The notes under the pieces: model-generated
Seen by the model: only the letters and a program-made list of their open reading frames with translations
Database searches by the model: none
Told to the model about the DNA's origin: nothing
Made by a program: the position numbers and the translations under genes
From: Acidimicrobiales bacterium
GTDB taxonomy: Bacteria > Actinomycetota > Acidimicrobiia > Acidimicrobiales > RAAP-2
Direction: 5' to 3'
Assembly (NCBI GenBank): GCA_017883025.1
Contig: JADGOH010000042.1
Coordinates: 1 to 61,092, forward strand
DNA: 61,092 bases
In this document: piece after piece, positions 17,581 to 25,429 of the stretch
Layout: each line of letters opens with the position of its first letter
How positions within the stretch are numbered: the stretch's first letter is position 1

Positions 17581-18435
17581 CTACCTGCCGGTGAAGCTGG
17601 CCGGTCGCTTCTCCATGAACGCGGCCATGGCCTCGGCGAGGTCGTCCGATGCCAGGAACGCCGAGTTCCACGTGGCGACGTAGTCGAGGCCCTCGGCGAC
17701 CGTCCTGTCCTCGCAGGCGGCGAGCACGGCCTTGGTCCCCTGCACGGCCAAGGGCGAGTTGGCGGCGATCTCGGCGGCCATGGCCCGGGCATCGGCCAGC
17801 ACGGCGTCGGCGTCGGTGCTCACATGATTGAGCAGGCCGATGGCCGCAGCGCGGTCCGCGGTGATGTCCTTGCCGGTGAAGGCGAGCTCGGCCACGTGGC
17901 CCTTGCCGATGATGGCGGGGAGCCGCTGGAGGCTCCCCACGTCGGCGACGATGGCGATCTTGGTCTCCCGCACCGAGAACTGGGCATCGGCGCTGGCGAG
18001 CCGGATGTCGCAGGCCGCAATCAAGTCGACGCCGCCTCCGATGCACCACCCGTGGACGGCGGCGATCACCGGGACCGGGCAGTCGGCCACCGCGGTGACC
18101 GAGGCCTGCAGCCGGGTGATCTCGGCCCGAGCGTGCCAGGCCCGGCCGGCGATCGACGGGCGGGACCCGTCGGCTGTCTCCGGCGCTCCTCCGATGCCGG
18201 CCATCGACACCAGGTCGAGCCCGACCGAGAAATGGGGCCCCCGGGCGGCGATCACCACGGCGCGTACCGACGGGTCGCCGCCGATGGCGGCCATGGCCAC
18301 CGGCAGATCGTCCCAGAACGCCGGGCCCATGGCGTTTCGCTTCTCCGGGCGGTCCAGCCAGAGGGTGGCCACGTGGCCGTCGACCTCGATGGCGAACACC
18401 TCGGATGTGAAGGATGCGATGGTGGGAACGGTCAT
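17581..18435 (-). CDS. enoyl-CoA hydratase/isomerase (crotonase) family, dienoyl-CoA isomerase-like
   Basis: LDRPEKRNAM, HGWCIGGGVDLIAACDIR, RETKIAIVADVGSLQRLP. Confidence 0.9.
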   Translation of the reverse strand: MTVPTIASFTSEVFAIEVDGHVATLWLDRPEKRNAMGPAFWDDLPVAMAAIGGDPSVRAVVIAARGPHFSVGLDLVSMAGIGGAPETADGSRPSIAGRAWHARAEITRLQASVTAVADCPVPVIAAVHGWCIGGGVDLIAACDIRLASADAQFSVRETKIAIVADVGSLQRLPAIIGKGHVAELAFTGKDITADRAAAIGLLNHVSTDADAVLADARAMAAEIAANSPLAVQGTKAVLAACEDRTVAEGLDYVATWNSAFLASDDLAEAMAAFMEKRPASFTGR

Positions 18436-18488
18436 GGACGCCCAGCGTAGGGCGTGGACCAGGTGCCTCGCGGCCCCGGGAGGGGAGG

Positions 18489-19910
18489 GTGCGGACCCCG
18501 ACGGGGAATCCCGTCAGCCCGGGAGTATGGACTCGAGGCTGGTCCACCGGGCCTCGATCCGCGAGAGGTCCCACCCTGCCCACCTTCACCCCCGAGAACG
18601 CCGCCGGCCTGCCCGGCAGCCCCTGGCTCGTCCGGCGCCGCAACGCGGCAGCGGAGTCGTTCGCCTCGTCGCCGCTCCCGACCGAGAAGGACGAGGTCTG
18701 GCGCTACAGCCGAATCGACCGGCTCGACCTCGACCGATTCCAGCCGGCGGGCTCGGCCCGGGCCGGCACGGACGTCGTCGCCCTACCGTCGGCGCGGATC
18801 CACGCACTCGTCGACGCGCTTGGCCCCCGCAGCGGGCTGGTGGTGACCGTCGACGGGGTGCTCGCCACCCTGGCTTCGACGGCGGGTGACGACCTCCTGT
18901 CGGTCGGGAGGGCCACCGATCACGACGAGGGCGAAGCGCTCCTGGGTACGGTCCTCGTCGACCCCCACGACTTTCCGCTGCTGAACGACGCGTTTTCCGT
19001 CGATCCGGTCGTCATCGACGTCCGACCCGGCGCGTCGGTGGTCGACCCGGTCGTCGTCGTCCACGTGGTCTCGGGATCGGCCGGGACCGCGGTCTTCCCC
19101 CGCACCGTGGTGCGGGCCGGATCCGGCTCGACCGTCGGCGTCGTCGAGCTCGTGGTCGACGCCGCCTCGGGGCTCCTGGCCGACGGGCACACCGCGTGGT
19201 CCCCTGGGTCCGAGCCGCCGCCCGAGCGGCTGGTCGTCCCGGTGACCGAGTTGGAGGTCCATGACGACGCCTCCCTCGCCTACGTGTCGATCCAGTCACT
19301 CGGGCCCGCCACGTGGCAGCTGGCCCACCAGGCCAGCACCATCGGCGCCCACGCGACCCTGTCGAGCTACGCCGTCGCCCTCGGCGGTGGCTACGCCCGG
19401 CTCCGCACCGATTCGGCGCTGGTGGGCGATTCGGGCGCAAGCCGGCTTCGGGCGGCGTTCATCGGGCGCGACGACCAGATGCTCGACTTCCGGACGCTCC
19501 AGGACCACAGCGCACCCCGCACGACGAGCGACCTGCTGTTCATGGGCGCGGTCGCGGAGACGTCCCACTCCGTCTACAGCGGGCTGATCCGTGTCCGACG
19601 GGGCGCGGTCAAGTCGGATGCCGTCCAGACCAACCACAACCTGGTGCTCGACGAGGGGGCCCACGCCGACTCGGTGCCCAACCTCGACATCGAGGAGAAC
19701 GACGTGAAGTGCAGCCACGGGTCGACGGTCGGCCCGGTCGACGAGGACCAGCGCTACTACCTCGAGTCCCGCGGCATCGAGCCCGAGCGGGCGGAGCAGC
19801 TCATCGTGGCCGGCTTCTTCGAGAGCATCGCCGACCAGGTCCCCCTGGCCGGCGCCCGCGACCTGGTGGGCCGGTCGCTCGCCGAGCGCTCGGGAGTGTC
19901 CCGTGGCTGA
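18489..19910 (+). CDS. sufD: Fe-S cluster assembly protein SufD
   Basis: WRYSRIDRLDL in the N-terminal region. C-terminal HSAPRTTSDLLFMGAV...SHGSTVGPVDEDQRYYLESRGI. Start set at GTG 18489 with GGAGG 5 nt upstream. The first ~25 codons have lower GC3, so the start is uncertain. Confidence 0.85.
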   Translation: MRTPTGNPVSPGVWTRGWSTGPRSARGPTLPTFTPENAAGLPGSPWLVRRRNAAAESFASSPLPTEKDEVWRYSRIDRLDLDRFQPAGSARAGTDVVALPSARIHALVDALGPRSGLVVTVDGVLATLASTAGDDLLSVGRATDHDEGEALLGTVLVDPHDFPLLNDAFSVDPVVIDVRPGASVVDPVVVVHVVSGSAGTAVFPRTVVRAGSGSTVGVVELVVDAASGLLADGHTAWSPGSEPPPERLVVPVTELEVHDDASLAYVSIQSLGPATWQLAHQASTIGAHATLSSYAVALGGGYARLRTDSALVGDSGASRLRAAFIGRDDQMLDFRTLQDHSAPRTTSDLLFMGAVAETSHSVYSGLIRVRRGAVKSDAVQTNHNLVLDEGAHADSVPNLDIEENDVKCSHGSTVGPVDEDQRYYLESRGIEPERAEQLIVAGFFESIADQVPLAGARDLVGRSLAERSGVSRG

Positions 19911-20235
19911 GTCGACACCGATGACAACGGCCCGGCTGTGCGCGGTGGGCGACCTCGCGGCGGGCGAGGCCCGGCGGTTCGACGTGGCCGGACTGCGCGT
20001 CGCGCTGGTGCGGATCGGCGACGAATTCCACGCCGTGGGCGACCGGTGCAGCCACGAGGACTTCTCGCTGGCGGACGGCGAGGTGTGGGCGGCCGAGTGC
20101 CAGATCGAGTGCGCCAAGCACGGCTCGTCCTTCGACCTGCGCACCGGTGCCCCGTGCTCGCTCCCGGCGACGAAGCCCGTGCCTGTCTATGAGGTGGTCG
20201 TGGACGGCGACGACGTCTCGGTGGTGGTCCGATGA
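19903..20235 (+). CDS. Rieske [2Fe-2S] ferredoxin-like protein embedded in the suf cluster
   Basis: The Rieske ligand pattern C-x-H ... C-x2-H is present as CSHEDF...CAKHGSSF. It overlaps the sufD stop, and the next gene starts at an ATGA overlap. Confidence 0.85.
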   Translation: MAESTPMTTARLCAVGDLAAGEARRFDVAGLRVALVRIGDEFHAVGDRCSHEDFSLADGEVWAAECQIECAKHGSSFDLRTGAPCSLPATKPVPVYEVVVDGDDVSVVVR

Positions 20236-20960
20236 GCGCCGGCGAGTTCGTCATCGAGGACCTGCGTGCCGGCATCCCCGGGCGCGAGATCCTCAAGGGC
20301 CTGAGCCTCACCGTCCGCAGTGGTGAGGTGCACGCAGTCATGGGGCCGAACGGCTCCGGCAAGAGCACGCTCGCCCACGTGCTGATGGGTCGACCCGGCT
20401 ACGAGGTCCTCGGCGGTACGGTCACCCTCGACGGGGTCGACCTCCTGGCTCTCCCGACCTGGCAACGTGCCCGGGCCGGGCTCTTCCTGGCCATGCAGCA
20501 CCCGATCGAGGTCCCCGGGGTGTCGTTGGTCGAGTCGCTGACGGCCGCCCGCCCGGTGGGCGGCGCCGACGACGGGGTCGGGGAGCGGCTCCACGCCGAG
20601 GCTGCCCGCATCGGCTTCGACGAGCGCTTCCTCGACCGCCCGCTCAACGTGGACCTGTCCGGCGGCGAGCGTAAGCGCAACGAGACCCTGCAGCTCGGCG
20701 TCCTGCGCCCGAAGTTCGCCGTCCTGGACGAGATCGACTCCGGTCTCGACGTGGACGCGCTCGCCGACGTGGGGCGACGGGTCCAAGAGGCCACGGGGGA
20801 ATGGGGACTCGGAGTCCTCGCCATCACCCATTTCCGCCGGCTGCTCGACGTGCTCCACGCCGATGTGGTGCACGTGCTGGCCGACGGCCGGGTGGTGGCC
20901 ACGGGCGGCAGCGAGCTGGCCGAGACCGTCGACCGCACCGGGTACGCCGCCTACACCTGA
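20232..20960 (+). CDS. sufC: SufC-type ABC ATPase, copy 1 (actinobacterial-type sequence)
   Basis: Walker A GPNGSGKST. RARAGLFLAMQHPIEVPGVS. LSGGERKRNETLQL. Walker B VLDEIDSGLDVDAL. H-loop ITHF. Confidence 0.85.
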   Translation: MSAGEFVIEDLRAGIPGREILKGLSLTVRSGEVHAVMGPNGSGKSTLAHVLMGRPGYEVLGGTVTLDGVDLLALPTWQRARAGLFLAMQHPIEVPGVSLVESLTAARPVGGADDGVGERLHAEAARIGFDERFLDRPLNVDLSGGERKRNETLQLGVLRPKFAVLDEIDSGLDVDALADVGRRVQEATGEWGLGVLAITHFRRLLDVLHADVVHVLADGRVVATGGSELAETVDRTGYAAYT

Positions 20961-21019
20961 GCCCCGATGGCCATCGGTGCTGATCACCGGGTCGGAGCGG
21001 GGATTGGTAGCGTCATGCA

Positions 21020-22624
21020 ATGGCCCGCCGAGACCGACGCCGGGGAGGCGCCCACAGCCCCAAGCGGCGGCCCGACGATGTCACGTCCGCGGGATCGTCC
21101 GACGGAGTGGAATCGGGTGGTGCACCCGACGGTGGGAAGTCGACCGGGGGAGCGCACTCCACGTCCGCGGGCTCCGCAGCGACGGCGTCGCCCGGCCCGG
21201 GCCTGCCCGGTCCCACGGACGATCTCACCGGGGTGGTGGGGGTCGCCGGCCCGGACCCGATAGCAGCGTCCAACTCGACGTCCGGGTCGGAGGCATCCGA
21301 GTCCGGGACCGACACGGGGTCCGGAGGCGACCTGCTCGCCGCCATGGGGGCGACGGCCGCTGCATCGACGACGGACCTCGGCGTCCCCCTGACCCGCAAG
21401 GAGCGCCGTGAGGCCGCGTCGGCCAAGGCGGCGAAGTCCACGACGGCGGCCAAGTCCAGGCCGAAGCGGACGTGGCTCGACTGGGTATTGCTCTCCGGGG
21501 TGGCGATCGTCGCCCTGGCCATCGTGGCCGTGGGGTCGGGATACGCCTACGTGCAGTACCGGTTCAGCCAGGTGACCAAGGTGACGGTCAAGCACCTGCG
21601 GGCAACGCCCGTCGGGGCGCCGTTCAACGTCCTGCTCATCGGCTCGGACACGCGGTCTGGGGTGAGCGGGGCCGACCAGAACGCCTACGGCAATGCGTCG
21701 ACCGCCGGCGGCCAGCGGAGCGACGTCATCAAGATCGCCCACGTGATCCCGGCGACGGGCCAGGTCAGCGTCCTGTCGATCCCGCGAGACACCGTCGTCA
21801 CGGTGGCGGGCGACACCAGCCAGTTGGGCAAGTACAACCGGATCAACGCCACCTACAACAACGGCCCGGACCAACTGGTCCAGACGATCGAGGCCAACTT
21901 CGGGATCCCGATCGAGCACGTCGTCCAACTCAACTTCATCGGGTTCCGCGGTGCGGTCGACGCCATCGGCGGGGTCAATCTCGACTTCCCGTTCCCGGCC
22001 CGGGACGACTTCACGGGCCTGAACATCACTGCTACGGGCTGCCAGCACCTGAACGGCGGATACTCGCTTGCCGTTGCCCGCAGCCGCCATTACCAGTACT
22101 ACGAGAACGGGTACTGGCAGTACGACGGCACCAGCGACTTCGGCCGGATCCAACGCCAGAACGCCTTCATGAAGGCGTTGATCAACCAGGCCGAGAAGCA
22201 GTACAACCCGTTGACGCTCAACGCCTTCATCGGCTCGGTGGTCCAGGGGGTGACCATCGACTCGACCTTCACCATCAGCGAGCTGGTGTCCCTCTCCCAG
22301 CAGTTCCGCTCGTTCGCGTCGGAATCGCTCGCCACCGCGACGCTGCCCACCTACGCGAGCGGGTCCTCGGAGTTCGGCTACCTCGGGTCGATCCTCTACG
22401 TGCAGCAGCCCCAGGCCACCCAGGTGATCAGCCAGTTCCTGGGAACCCCGGCCCCCGTACCGCTTACCCCTCCGCCCGGTCCCTACGGCACGGTGTCGAC
22501 GACGACCACGTCGTCGACGGTCCCACCCACGACCTACTCGACGGGTGGCAGCGCGCCGGCGACGACGGCCCCGGCCGTCACCACGACCACCATCCAGACG
22601 AACTTCGACCCGACGACCTGCTGA
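21020..22624 (+). CDS. LytR-CpsA-Psr (LCP) family cell-envelope phosphotransferase with long disordered N-terminus
   Basis: TM WLDWVLLSGVAIVALAIVAV. LCP motifs LLIGSDTRSG, RSDVIKIAHV, SIPRDT, RINATYNNG. Thr/Pro-rich C-terminal tail. Confidence 0.85.
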   Translation: MARRDRRRGGAHSPKRRPDDVTSAGSSDGVESGGAPDGGKSTGGAHSTSAGSAATASPGPGLPGPTDDLTGVVGVAGPDPIAASNSTSGSEASESGTDTGSGGDLLAAMGATAAASTTDLGVPLTRKERREAASAKAAKSTTAAKSRPKRTWLDWVLLSGVAIVALAIVAVGSGYAYVQYRFSQVTKVTVKHLRATPVGAPFNVLLIGSDTRSGVSGADQNAYGNASTAGGQRSDVIKIAHVIPATGQVSVLSIPRDTVVTVAGDTSQLGKYNRINATYNNGPDQLVQTIEANFGIPIEHVVQLNFIGFRGAVDAIGGVNLDFPFPARDDFTGLNITATGCQHLNGGYSLAVARSRHYQYYENGYWQYDGTSDFGRIQRQNAFMKALINQAEKQYNPLTLNAFIGSVVQGVTIDSTFTISELVSLSQQFRSFASESLATATLPTYASGSSEFGYLGSILYVQQPQATQVISQFLGTPAPVPLTPPPGPYGTVSTTTTSSTVPPTTYSTGGSAPATTAPAVTTTTIQTNFDPTTC

Positions 22625-22630
22625 TCTGCT

Positions 22631-22648
22631 GCGGCCGGGACGGGCCGC
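22631..22648. terminator. short GC hairpin between convergent LCP and sufU genes
   Basis: GCGGCC-gggacg-GGCCGC (6-bp stem) within a 31-bp convergent spacer. Confidence 0.3.
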
Positions 22649-22655
22649 CCGGGAG

Positions 22656-23165
22656 TCAGGCGGAGGCGGCTGCCTCGTCGAGGCCCTGCGCCAGCGTGTT
22701 CCAGCTCAACGTGGCGCACTTGATCCGCACCGGGAACTTCACCACGCCCTGGAGCGCGGCGAGCTCACCGAGCGCGTCGATGTCGATCGCCTCGGGCTCG
22801 GGCGCCTCGACCTGCTCGGCCCCGGCGTCACCTGACGCGGCGCCGACGGGAAGGGTGGACTCGTGGATGGACATCATTCCCTTGAAGGTGGCGATGAGGT
22901 CGCGGGCCTCCTCGACGGTCTTGCCCTTGACCGCCGCGGACATCAGCGACGCGGAGGACTGGCTGATCGAGCACCCCGTCCCGGCGATCTTGATGTCACC
23001 CAGGACACCGTCCTCGACGTCGAGTGTGACGACGATCTCGTCGCCGCACAGCGGGTTGAAGCCTTCGACCCGCACGGCCGGCGGCGACTCGAGCTCGCCA
23101 CGGTTCCGCGGCGAGCGATAGTGGTCGAGGATGATCTCTCGGTAGAGGTCTTCGAGGCCGGGCAT
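22656..23165 (-). CDS. sufU: SUF-system sulfur acceptor / scaffold SufU (IscU/NifU-like)
   Basis: YREIILDHYRSPRN, NPLCGDE, GTGCSISQSSASLM, RIKCATLSWN. Confidence 0.9.
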   Translation of the reverse strand: MPGLEDLYREIILDHYRSPRNRGELESPPAVRVEGFNPLCGDEIVVTLDVEDGVLGDIKIAGTGCSISQSSASLMSAAVKGKTVEEARDLIATFKGMMSIHESTLPVGAASGDAGAEQVEAPEPEAIDIDALGELAALQGVVKFPVRIKCATLSWNTLAQGLDEAAASA

Positions 23166-23229
23166 CAGGCCGCCGTCCCTTCGTCACGGAGGTGCATCCG
23201 CACCAGGGGCAGAGCGTACCGGCCAGCGC

Positions 23230-24495
23230 TCACGCGAAGAACCTTCCGGCGGCGTCGAGCGCATCGACCAGAGTGTCGACGTCGTGCTCGTCGTTGTAGG
23301 GGCCGAACGAGGCCCGGGCGGTGGCGTTGACGCCCAGGCGTCGCATCAGCGGTTTGGCACAGTGGTGGCCGGCCCGTACGCACACCCCGTACTCGTCGAG
23401 GATCTGGGAGACGTCATGGGGGTGGACGTCGCCAAAGGCGAACGAGAGCACGCCGCCGCGGTCCTCGGCCTCGGCGGGGCCGAAGATCCGGATGCCATCG
23501 CCGAAGCGTTCCGTCAGGGCGTCCATCGCATAGGCGGTCAGCGACACCTCGTGGGCACGCACGGCGTCCATGCCCACGGCCCGCAGGTAGTCGACGGCCG
23601 CCCCCAGACCGACGGCCTCGGTGATCGGCGGCGTGCCGGCCTCGAATCGCCACGGGATGTCATTGGGGGTGAACCCGTCCTTGCGGACGTCGAGGATCAT
23701 CTCGCCACCGCCGAGGAACGGCGGCAGCTCCGCAAGCAGTTCCTCGCGTCCCCACAGGACGCCGATGCCGGTGGGGCCGAGCATCTTGTGGGCACTGAAT
23801 GCAAGGAAGTCGACGCCCAGCGCGGACACGTCGGTCGGCTGGTGGGGAACCGACTGGCAGGCGTCCGCCACGACGACCGCCCCTGCGGCATGGGCGGCGG
23901 CCGCCAGTTCGGCGACGGGGTTGAGCGTACCGAGCACGTTGGACATGCAGGTCAGGCCGAGCAGCTTGGCCCCGTCGAGGACGGCGTCGAGGTCGTCGAG
24001 GACCAGGCGGCCGTCGTCGTCGATGGGGAGCCAGCGGAGCTCGATGCCACGCTCGGCGGCCAGCATGTGCCAGGGCACGATGTTGGCGTGGTGCTCCATC
24101 TCGGTGAGGACCACCACGTCGCCCCGACCGAGGTGGGTGCGGCCCCAGCTGTGGGCCACCAGGTTGAGGGCCTCGGTGGCGTTCTTGGTGAAGACGACCT
24201 CGCGCCCGGGGTCGGGGGCCCCGATGAACCGTCCGACGTTGACCCGGGCCGCCTCGAACCGACGGGTGGCCTCCTCGGCGATGGCGTAGACGCCGCGGTG
24301 CACGTTGGCGTGGGTGGTCTCGTCGTACTCACGCATGGCGTCGAGGACCGCCGTGGGTCGTTGCGACGACGCCGCCGAGTCGAGGTAGGTCAGGGGGCGG
24401 CCGTGGACCTCGCGGGCCAGGATCGGGAAGTCCTTGCGCAAGGTGGCTGCATCGAGCGCTGGGGCGTCCGCGCCGGTCGTGGTCAGCTCCGCCAT
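23230..24495 (-). CDS. sufS: cysteine desulfurase SufS (class II aminotransferase V)
   Basis: Start at the internal ATG (MAELTTTGADAP...). FPILAREVHGRPLTYLDSAASSQRP. PLP lysine in FSAHKMLGPTG. Catalytic loop RAGHHCAKP. It overlaps the upstream sufC stop by 13 nt. Confidence 0.9.
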   Translation of the reverse strand: MAELTTTGADAPALDAATLRKDFPILAREVHGRPLTYLDSAASSQRPTAVLDAMREYDETTHANVHRGVYAIAEEATRRFEAARVNVGRFIGAPDPGREVVFTKNATEALNLVAHSWGRTHLGRGDVVVLTEMEHHANIVPWHMLAAERGIELRWLPIDDDGRLVLDDLDAVLDGAKLLGLTCMSNVLGTLNPVAELAAAAHAAGAVVVADACQSVPHQPTDVSALGVDFLAFSAHKMLGPTGIGVLWGREELLAELPPFLGGGEMILDVRKDGFTPNDIPWRFEAGTPPITEAVGLGAAVDYLRAVGMDAVRAHEVSLTAYAMDALTERFGDGIRIFGPAEAEDRGGVLSFAFGDVHPHDVSQILDEYGVCVRAGHHCAKPLMRRLGVNATARASFGPYNDEHDVDTLVDALDAAGRFFA

Positions 24496-25292
24496 GCGTC
24501 GTACCCCTCGGCCTCCAGCCGCGCCCCCAGCTCGGGCCCGCCCTCGTCGACGATCACGCCGTCGACGAGCACGTGGACCCGGTCGGCATCCAGCTCCTCG
24601 AGCATGCGCTGATAGTGGCTGATGACCAGCACACCGAGGTCGGGTCGTGCCTCGCGCACGGTGTGGACCCCGCGGGCCACGGTGCGCAGCGCGTCGACGT
24701 CGAGTCCGGAGTCGGTCTCGTCGAGCACGGCGAGCTCGGGCTCGAGCATCGCCATCTGGAGGATCTCGTTCCGCTTCTTCTCCCCGCCCGAGAAGCCGTC
24801 GTTGAGGTGGCGCTCGCCGAAGGCCGGGTCCATACCGAGCTTCTCCATCCACTCCATCATCAGCAGGCGCACCTCGAGCACGGAGAGGTCCATGCCGCGT
24901 CGGGCGGACAGCGCCTGTCGGAGGAACTGGATCACGGGGACCCCGCCGATCGCCTCGGGGTCCTGGAACGCGAGGAAGATGCCGGCCTTGCCGCGGACGT
25001 CGGTCGCCCAGGACGTGATGTCCTCGCCCCGGAACAGGATGGATCCGGCCGTGACCTCGTAGGCGGGGTTGCCGAGCAGCACGTTGGCCAGGGTCGACTT
25101 GCCCGACCCGTTGGGGCCCATGATGGCGTGGACCTGGCCCGACTCGACCGTGAGGTCGATGCCCCGCAGGATCGGCTGGCCCTCGACCGACGCGTGCAAC
25201 CCCACGATCCGGAGGAGGGGCGGGGTCGCGCCTCCGGCAGGGCTGTTGCCGTCGGCGGCGCTGGTCTCGGGGGCGGGTGACGAGGGGTTCAC
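24483..25292 (-). CDS. sufC: SufC-type ABC ATPase, copy 2
   Basis: GPNGSGKST, GKAGIFLAFQDPEAIGGVP, FSGGEKKRNEILQM, VLDETDSGLDVDAL, ISHYQRML. GTG start. Confidence 0.9.
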   Translation of the reverse strand: MNPSSPAPETSAADGNSPAGGATPPLLRIVGLHASVEGQPILRGIDLTVESGQVHAIMGPNGSGKSTLANVLLGNPAYEVTAGSILFRGEDITSWATDVRGKAGIFLAFQDPEAIGGVPVIQFLRQALSARRGMDLSVLEVRLLMMEWMEKLGMDPAFGERHLNDGFSGGEKKRNEILQMAMLEPELAVLDETDSGLDVDALRTVARGVHTVREARPDLGVLVISHYQRMLEELDADRVHVLVDGVIVDEGGPELGARLEAEGYDAWRS

Positions 25293-25299
25293 GGCCCCG

Positions 25300-25305
25300 A
25301 TTGTA
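25300..25305 (-). promoter_or_regulatory. candidate -10 hexamer TACAAT placed 7 nt upstream of the sufC (copy 2) GTG start (leaderless arrangement)
   Basis: The minus strand reads gggcTACAATcggggccGTG, with no SD. The imperfect palindrome GGAGA-aa-TCTCC (25315-25326) lies over the expected -35 region. Confidence 0.35.
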
Positions 25306-25429
25306 GCCCGTCCCGGAGATTTCTCCTACGGCGGTAGGGGGAATAGGGATGGGTCGCCGTCACGGTGCGGCCCGCGCCGCTGAGCAGGGGGAATTCCCGT
25401 CCGGACGAGGTCAGCGGTACGGTACCTGG

